Part shown: positions 17,701 through 23,767 of the stretch, in pieces
Numbering within the stretch: the stretch's first letter is position 1
Layout of the letters: every line of letters begins with the position of its first letter
Virus record (IMG/VR): IMGVR_UViG_3300044477_000065
Coordinates: 1 to 29,423 of that record
DNA from: a virus
Taxonomy: Duplodnaviria > Caudoviricetes
Length of the DNA: 29,423 nt
Reading direction: 5' to 3' (one strand)
Program-made: the position numbers and the translations under genes
Notes under the pieces: generated by a model
What the model was told of the DNA's origin: nothing
Seen by the model: only the letters and a program-made list of their open reading frames with translations
Database searches by the model: none

Positions 17701-19872
17701 GGCGATCCGGTCGATACCCTTACGGTTAACCGTGAGAATCCGCTCGCCATTCACCGAGTCGATCTGGTAGTCGCCCTTCTGGAGACCAAGGGCTCGGGCG
17801 CGAACGATTGCTTCCTCGGAGGAGATACCGCCGAGATTCGACTCGATTTTCTGCACGGGCCGGTCGTCCTGCATCGTCATCGCGAGAGCGGAAGACGCTT
17901 CGAGCTTTCCGAGGGTTTGACCGAGAATCCGGTTTGCCTCGTCGAGATACCGGAGCCTCGACTCGTTTGCCTCATTCAAGGCATGAAGATCATCGGGATT
18001 CGTCGCCTTGATATTCTCGATCTCTTTGTAGAGGTCGCTCGCTTTTCCTAAAAGCTCATCGGCTTCGCGCAAAGAGGTGTTCACCGCGTCCTCGTTCGTC
18101 GCCTCGTGATACCGGAGTATCGCTTCCGTCGCGTCCTTATAGTCCTCATCCGACATACTCTTCTTGAATATCTCGGAAAGAACCTGTGCGCTTCCGCGAA
18201 GGCCGAGGATGTCGGAAACGTCGCGCGGGAGACAGTCGGTTTTCAGCGCCGCGAGGGAAAGCTGATTGAATCCGTTGTAATGCCCGTTCGCGATCCACTT
18301 CTCGACGCCTCCGGGATTCTCCTTGATCTTTTCGAGCAATGAAGAGTTTGCCCGCGCCTGACGGTCGGAAACGATCTTGTCTTCGAGCTTCTGAAGGTCA
18401 GCCGCGAAGTCGCTCGCGTCTATATCGTCCGCAAGAACAAGGCCGTCGCCATAGGAGAGCTTGGAAACGTCACCAGCATCCCCGGTCTCCTCGGTATCCC
18501 CGTCAAGCGTTATTTGAACCTCTTTCGCCGGTTTCTTCTCCTCGTCGCCGGAAAGGTTCTTTATCGTCTTTTGCATGGCGAGGTACTTCTTCACCGCTTC
18601 GGCCTTCTGGTCGATGTCGGTGATCCTCGCCTTTACGTCTTCCTTCTCAAAAATCTCTTTCTTGACTTCCGATATCGCCTTCCTCGTCTCAAGGCCGCGC
18701 TCAAGCATTACAGCCATTTGAGGACTGGCTTCTTTCGATACCCGTTCGAGCGTCTTTTGCCATTGCTCCTCTTTCTCGGTGTTGAGGTCTTCCTCGGTAA
18801 GCTCACCTTTCTTCTCCGCCGATCCCTTGTAGTCGGTCGTGAATCCAAGCGAGTTTCCGGCGTTCTCGGTACGAATGAGTTCTTCCGCTTTGGTTTTGTC
18901 TCCGATACGCTCTTCGAGCGCCGCGCGGAATGTTTCGTCCTTGATCGCCTCGCGCTGGATATCGACAACGGCACTTTTCGCCGCCTGGAGGAGATTCGAT
19001 TCATAGGACTTGACGGCGCTCTCGTGCGCTTTGTCGAGAACCTTGATTTGTTTCTCGATCTCCTTTATCTCGTCCTTTTTACCGGAGTCGATTGCGGCTT
19101 TCAGTTTTTCAGCGAGCGGGTTTCTGCGCTTCATGTACTCCTCTTTCATGGAGTCACGCTTATCCTCCCATCCAAGCATCTCGGCCATCGCGGACACGAA
19201 TTCCTTTTTCGATTGCCCGATAGCCTCTTTCTTCATTTCCTCGTTTTCTTTGGCCTCGTTCTTCTTTTCCTTCTCGGAGGCAACAACCGCCTTGCGCTCC
19301 TCGGGTGTGAGATCGGCCATGCGCTTTTGCCTCTCGCGCTTCTCGGCATCGCGCTGCGCCTTCTCGGCGTCGCGGCGCTTCTTCGCCTCTTCCGCGTACT
19401 GCTCCTTGCTCTTGATGTTATTGAGCTTGAGCATATTGAGCCGCCCGCCCGCGCCGCCGACGATATGCGCGGTCCCGTTCGCGCCTTCTTTTATCATGAC
19501 GGGAACACCCTTGGAGTCCTTATCCCCGTGAGGGTGAATCGTGATCCACCGCACACCAGCAGGAAGCGAAGACGCGGCCTTTGCCTTCGCCTCGGGCTTG
19601 ATGTCCGGCGACGTGTTTTGTTTCGACTCGGGCTTCTTATCGGCGTGGCCTTCCTCGGTCTTGGCTTTTGGTTTCGACGGCGGGAAAGACATTCCAACGC
19701 TTGCCTTTTCAAGCCGACCGTACATAACGAGGCTTTTCCGCATGAGTATGTATTCTCGGAATTTGAGATCAATCGATGATTCATACGCAAGCTCAAGATA
19801 CCCTTTTTCACTGTATTCTTTCAGTGCTTTTTGGGTGTAAGAATACCTTTCGATAGTGGTTTCAAATATCAT
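14758..19872 (-). CDS. Large polyvalent-type protein with C-terminal SNF2-like SF2 helicase/ATPase
   Basis: Motif I FGTGKGKS, II VDESHY, III QSATP, V LSDAGATGLNLQ, VI QREGRIDRNGQ. The first ~1150 aa are charged and helical. Likely start is 19872 (AAGGA 8 nt upstream) rather than 20016. Confidence 0.88.
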   Translation of the reverse strand: MIFETTIERYSYTQKALKEYSEKGYLELAYESSIDLKFREYILMRKSLVMYGRLEKASVGMSFPPSKPKAKTEEGHADKKPESKQNTSPDIKPEAKAKAASSLPAGVRWITIHPHGDKDSKGVPVMIKEGANGTAHIVGGAGGRLNMLKLNNIKSKEQYAEEAKKRRDAEKAQRDAEKRERQKRMADLTPEERKAVVASEKEKKNEAKENEEMKKEAIGQSKKEFVSAMAEMLGWEDKRDSMKEEYMKRRNPLAEKLKAAIDSGKKDEIKEIEKQIKVLDKAHESAVKSYESNLLQAAKSAVVDIQREAIKDETFRAALEERIGDKTKAEELIRTENAGNSLGFTTDYKGSAEKKGELTEEDLNTEKEEQWQKTLERVSKEASPQMAVMLERGLETRKAISEVKKEIFEKEDVKARITDIDQKAEAVKKYLAMQKTIKNLSGDEEKKPAKEVQITLDGDTEETGDAGDVSKLSYGDGLVLADDIDASDFAADLQKLEDKIVSDRQARANSSLLEKIKENPGGVEKWIANGHYNGFNQLSLAALKTDCLPRDVSDILGLRGSAQVLSEIFKKSMSDEDYKDATEAILRYHEATNEDAVNTSLREADELLGKASDLYKEIENIKATNPDDLHALNEANESRLRYLDEANRILGQTLGKLEASSALAMTMQDDRPVQKIESNLGGISSEEAIVRARALGLQKGDYQIDSVNGERILTVNRKGIDRIALGVDPEEIAVERDVDSIKAGAFDEQGWLPAGVVSRTVESFQDPGPDASLPEGDVDNQSIGDDPESFKGAQEAIHRTLGETPEGVMAFKKSEELSPQEQTDLRRYWEKNIYKGSTAESQSTREYQGEKAKTKAGEWKSFMAKNGDDESVAMEAIKKDLIDNRSSEDMFGMKEVHPLASADPSKPETCRGRVDGASALFDEIEGLEKDIEAGRITESEDKARREVEKLKAALPEKVGELYREQMKDHYLKFMSGVSEAEFEAGANADRHEGSPWGEYVRMHGSPEKAQAAILDTIKGDFLNRFSSNYGKITKKPLSTKKEKIAGHQEHILGMLGKEERDSLMNKVNAELASAGATVANRSGGKFASGSWKDKAFDLIQQRRRDDAAQGSFFGDEELKQEDGSERVSIGKRAEEQIASMIPDLSQNLRRGETFSVFAGMSMSGKHAQQQRAVKMFERTKRMNLTFGTGKGKSITSIGAFTNLHSKGLAKRAVFAVPSVVQKQFGGEVNRYLEPGKYKSVADPSLDREGRIAAMKDPSNHMVVFTHQSLRDDLVHLMSKKMGVSEEEAKNAFNDMPEHKRKEFLGETLKENGIDFGMMTVDESHYTTNRKGKEDSTTANVLDALNQNSEYFMNQSATPVKNDVSEAFDFLRKVAPDRFTDRNEFIKKYGVDSEHSREALQRLINRYNYASPTETGVKRNENKEVVQLSGPQKEAYDAATDAFRRASRAEKAGKVDIDAMKTLSPRSFEGKPEVEHEEIAKRLQGFAGAIKEEAYNRIVNSFDPESNAKIGKLMELVESKRYSADNPKTAAKKGDRAPGVVFAHNIASVESVKKAMESKGLRVGVIHGAMSGDEKDKVKTGFNPANPKDRQYDVIVLSDAGATGLNLQNAKYLVNYDLTQTSWVKEQREGRIDRNGQAHDEIDYHDLVTDTEHERKKWDRIQRKAKLGEIFQQDPGSLDDTGLAPFLAQVRQERYNHGDEAKRSA

Positions 19873-19885
19873 ATTACTCATCCTT

Positions 19886-20515
19886 TTAGAAAGGGTAGAA
19901 GCTCCCAAGGGAGTCTTTTTCATAATGAATATCAAACTCCCATAATCTTGCACTTGCGTCATAGTTATCGTTGGCGTCAGCCGGAAGCCTTCTGACTTGG
20001 AACGACAAGATGTCACTCAAGCCAGCCCCGTCTAAAGAAATATCACCAAATCCGTGTATCCGATTGTCTGTTTCTGCGCTCCCCGCAGCCGAAACCGTTG
20101 CAGTAACCCAGTCGGTCCAAGAAGACGTTGAACCGCCATTCCTAACAATCCTGTATCGCATTTGCCATACCACCGATCCGACTGCGTTTGTCGTTTTGCA
20201 CCAATGGACGTGAGGGGAAATTTTCGACCCGACCTTCCACGAATGAGGTAATTGCATTATTACAGCGATGTCGTTTTCGATAGTCGAACTAAAAAGCAAC
20301 GAGCCGTCGGTATCTTGTGTCGGATCAGGCGGTTGACCTGGAAGATTTATTGTTGTCGCGGGAGCCCTTAAATCATCATAGGTTGTGTAGTATTCATACC
20401 TTCCTTTGAAAAGTGGCGGGATTATTCTACTGAGAATACCGCCAAGCGGAGACGCTATACGCATTCTTGAAAGATATTCCTTGAATTCTCCAGTCTTGCT
20501 ATCAACCTTAGCCAT
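19886..20515 (-). CDS. Hypothetical beta-rich protein, possibly a virion component
   Basis: ATG at 20515 with GGAGG RBS; QLPHSWKVGSKISPHVHW and FDIHYEKDSLGS motifs; more AT-rich than the neighbouring genes. Confidence 0.7.
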   Translation of the reverse strand: MAKVDSKTGEFKEYLSRMRIASPLGGILSRIIPPLFKGRYEYYTTYDDLRAPATTINLPGQPPDPTQDTDGSLLFSSTIENDIAVIMQLPHSWKVGSKISPHVHWCKTTNAVGSVVWQMRYRIVRNGGSTSSWTDWVTATVSAAGSAETDNRIHGFGDISLDGAGLSDILSFQVRRLPADANDNYDASARLWEFDIHYEKDSLGSFYPF

Positions 20516-20539
20516 CACGCCACCCCTCCCCAATCGTTG

Positions 20540-23500
20540 TTATACAAATCGCCACACACGGATCGCCTTGAGCATTTCGCCCTTCTCGGCAAAGAACCTC
20601 TTAACAAGCGGATGAACCTTTTCCATGTAAACGGTGTTTACTGGGTGATCGTCCTGATCGTCATAGTTTTCCCCAAAACCCTTTTCAATGGCATAGTATT
20701 GCTCAAGTGCGCGAGCGAAACACTCGCACGTCCTGTTCTTGTAGTCGGAATCCTGCTTCTCCTTCATGTTTTTCCGGAACGTCACAGCGATTTCGTTCTC
20801 AAGGCTCGCAGGATCATCGGAGGCATGGTGAAACCTCTTTCCTTGCACCCCTATTTCGTTGTCAATGAAGTGAGCGAATTCATGCGCGAGCGTAAATCCC
20901 GCACCGGCCTGTCCGCTTCCCCATGTGACACCTATTGCTTTCCGTCCAGGAAAATACACTCCGGCGAATTTCATCGCGTGCATGAGCTTTTCACCGGAAT
21001 GAGATATCAAAAGGTTGTTTCTCTTCGCCATCGTGGTTCGATCTCCGAACACGGAATAAACCGACTCAATAGCTTTCTTCACCTCGTCAACCTCGAAGGC
21101 GGTGATCTCGTCTCCGTTCTGACGCTTTACGAGGATTCCGTGGGAATCGCGGAGGTATGTAACCGACCCCTTTCGACCGTAAGACGTTTCACGTCCTTTC
21201 GTGAACGAGCTTCCGTTTTCCTCCATCTGGAGTTCCATATCGGAGCCGCCCTGTCTCAGATCGTTGATATACTCCCTAAACGATTTCCATTCGTTCGGTT
21301 CATTCTTTACCGACTCCCTCAATAGCGTTAAATGAGAGCGAGTTGCTTTGTCTTTTCCGATCATTCTGACCACTTTTGACCTTGCTTCGCGCTCTACTCG
21401 GTTTGTATAGCTTTCTATTTGTTGCTCAAGCGTAAATCCGCCACGCTTTGCATTTAGCTCATTATTCCTCTTCCACAGACTGATTATCTCGCCAGCCATT
21501 ACCGCGAGCTTCGCGGATGTTCCGGGACCAATGTTTGAAAACTTGTCCATCGAGCTAATAATCTCCGGAACGCTTTTGCTTTCATCCTCGGCAATCTTCC
21601 TGGCGATATTCGCGACATCCTCGGCAAGTGTTTTAGCTTCACTAATCGTCTTATCGAGCTTCGCCTTCGCGAGCTTCGTGTAGTAGTCCTGAGTCGCCAC
21701 GAGAACAGCAAGATTCACCACGGCGTAGGTTTTGCTTGCCCCAACCTCGATACCACCCATGCGCTGACCGTTCACCTTGTTCGTCGTAATGATATAACGG
21801 TCTGGACCGATCTTCGCTCCTTCGAGACGATATTCCATGCGCGAGAACCAATCGTCGCTTATCGCCGGGATATACGACGGACGTTCTTCGCTGAGAATTG
21901 TCTTTTTATTGACAAGCTCAATTCTGTTCTGCGACGCGCCGGTAAAATCCTTCGCCGTGGTTTTCACGCCGCCGAGTTCTATTTCGGTTTCAGAGGGAGA
22001 GAATTCGTACTTCTCGTACTTTTCCGGCTTCGCCTCTTCGCCGTCATAGTAGGCTTTCTCTACCTCACAGCGAGTCGCGGGAGTCGCATTGCTGATGAGT
22101 GCTTGACGCTTCGAGTCGCGGATTTTCTTAGCCCGCTCCTTGCTTTCAGCCTCACGCGCCTTCGCCTCCTGCTCTTCATTGAAGAGGCGAATGGTCATCT
22201 TCTCGATTGCATCTTCTTGAGTCGAGCAAGGCGGGACAAGCTCCTCAAACGGCTCGAAGTACGAACGGCGCTTCTTCTCCTTTACTGGAGCAATGAACCA
22301 TTGCTTTCCGCCGCTACCTACCCAAACCTCAGACAGCTTACCAACCGGCACACCATCCTTCATAACCGCCGTGAATGTGTATGTGATTCCTCGTTTCGAT
22401 AGCTTTGTTTCTCCAACGGTAACGCGCTTCCTCATATCTTCGAGGCCAGCCTCGCCGGTAGGCACCTTGTCGAGAGGCTTCTCTTCCGGCGCTTCCTCTT
22501 TCTTGGAAACGGGAATTACAGGTATAATCGTTTTCGGCTTATCATCTTCCTTTGACTCTTTTGTTCCGCCGTTTTTCTTTTTTTCGATAGCCTGTCTGAG
22601 TTTTTCGGCGATCCGATCAACCTCTTCTTGTTTCGCCTTCCGTTTTGCCGTCAACTCTTCAAGAGTTTTCGCGCCCTTCGTTCCAGGTATCGCGTAAAAT
22701 GACTTGCCGTTACCCTCATGTTTCACCAGCTTTCCCGACTCCACCATCGAGTCGAATTGCTTCTTGATCCATGCCGGTGAAGTTCCGTAATCGCTCGCAA
22801 TGTCGGACGGCTTTATAGGCGCGTCCTTTGCATCGCGATTCCAGTCCTCCATGATTTTCTTCATCTTAGGATCAGTAATATCGTCCTCGACCTTCTCCCA
22901 GCGATGGTTTTCATTCAGGCGATACGTTACGCCGTTCTCGGTTTTCGTGGAGCCGACCGGGAGGTTTTCGTCGGGTTTATTTTCAGAAGAAACCGTACTT
23001 GCCTCTGTCGGTTCTTCCTTCGCGACACCCTGCTTGAATTTCTCAAGCGCCTCTTCCGGCGTCTTCGCATTGCCGACGAGCGCACCTTCGAGGTTTCGGA
23101 CGTTATATCCTACCACCTTACCGTTGAGGCGAGCTTCCGTGACGCGACCGATCTTCTTGCCGTCACGCATGACATCCTTGGGGAAGGATTCGCCCGAAAG
23201 CGTGATGTCGCCGTTTTTCCGGGCATTCACACGTTCCTTGATTCTGTTTTTAGCGGCCTCTGCTTCCTCGTCGTAGGTAGGCAGCTTTTGCTTCAGCTCG
23301 TGGAGTTCCTGCTTTTCCTCTTTGGTGAGGAAGTCCATATCCGTCCTGGCGCTATCGTCGGACGGGAATTGATGATCCTTGTAATGATCTTCAGCACGCT
23401 TTTTCCCGCGAGCAACAATCTCGTCGATCTTGGAAGTGATCGACTCTTTGCTTTCCTTCGGCTCATCCGGCGTTTCATCGAAAAGATCGCCCTGCATCAC

Positions 23501-23707
23501 GGGAGGATTGCCGCCAACGTCGTCGAACAGGCTCCCCTGAGCGCCCGCCGTCTTTCCCGCCTTCACGTCCTCCGGAAGCATCCAGACGGTTTGCGGGAAA
23601 GTCTTTCCGGAGCGCGTGACCATCCGTGTAACCGGAATCAGTTTCGGGCTCTTGCGGGCCTTCTCAAGCATCGGGAGAGTCATGCGGACGACGAGCATCT
23701 TCATCAT
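20540..23707 (-). CDS. Large polyvalent-type protein: shared N-terminal tag, winged HTH, C-terminal zincin-like metallopeptidase/LPD1-like domain
   Basis: 1055 aa with GGAGG RBS. TLAHEFAHFID (HExxH) plus downstream ECFARALEQY. PIKPSDIASDYGTSPAWIKKQFDSMVESGKLVK is wHTH-like. Confidence 0.8.
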   Translation of the reverse strand: MMKMLVVRMTLPMLEKARKSPKLIPVTRMVTRSGKTFPQTVWMLPEDVKAGKTAGAQGSLFDDVGGNPPVMQGDLFDETPDEPKESKESITSKIDEIVARGKKRAEDHYKDHQFPSDDSARTDMDFLTKEEKQELHELKQKLPTYDEEAEAAKNRIKERVNARKNGDITLSGESFPKDVMRDGKKIGRVTEARLNGKVVGYNVRNLEGALVGNAKTPEEALEKFKQGVAKEEPTEASTVSSENKPDENLPVGSTKTENGVTYRLNENHRWEKVEDDITDPKMKKIMEDWNRDAKDAPIKPSDIASDYGTSPAWIKKQFDSMVESGKLVKHEGNGKSFYAIPGTKGAKTLEELTAKRKAKQEEVDRIAEKLRQAIEKKKNGGTKESKEDDKPKTIIPVIPVSKKEEAPEEKPLDKVPTGEAGLEDMRKRVTVGETKLSKRGITYTFTAVMKDGVPVGKLSEVWVGSGGKQWFIAPVKEKKRRSYFEPFEELVPPCSTQEDAIEKMTIRLFNEEQEAKAREAESKERAKKIRDSKRQALISNATPATRCEVEKAYYDGEEAKPEKYEKYEFSPSETEIELGGVKTTAKDFTGASQNRIELVNKKTILSEERPSYIPAISDDWFSRMEYRLEGAKIGPDRYIITTNKVNGQRMGGIEVGASKTYAVVNLAVLVATQDYYTKLAKAKLDKTISEAKTLAEDVANIARKIAEDESKSVPEIISSMDKFSNIGPGTSAKLAVMAGEIISLWKRNNELNAKRGGFTLEQQIESYTNRVEREARSKVVRMIGKDKATRSHLTLLRESVKNEPNEWKSFREYINDLRQGGSDMELQMEENGSSFTKGRETSYGRKGSVTYLRDSHGILVKRQNGDEITAFEVDEVKKAIESVYSVFGDRTTMAKRNNLLISHSGEKLMHAMKFAGVYFPGRKAIGVTWGSGQAGAGFTLAHEFAHFIDNEIGVQGKRFHHASDDPASLENEIAVTFRKNMKEKQDSDYKNRTCECFARALEQYYAIEKGFGENYDDQDDHPVNTVYMEKVHPLVKRFFAEKGEMLKAIRVWRFV

Positions 23708-23767
23708 TTCGGGGCCTCCGGGCGGTTTATGGCAATGGCTTATTTTATAGCAATTTCTCTCATTGCG

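Noticed and set aside
19873-20016. 5' extension of the helicase ORF to 20016
   Set aside because: It overlaps the upstream gene by ~130 nt; a better-placed RBS precedes ATG 19872.
23738-23761. Mini-ORF MREIAIK and small GCAAT/ATTGC hairpin between two polyvalent genes
   Set aside because: No RBS and only a 5-bp stem; indistinguishable from chance.
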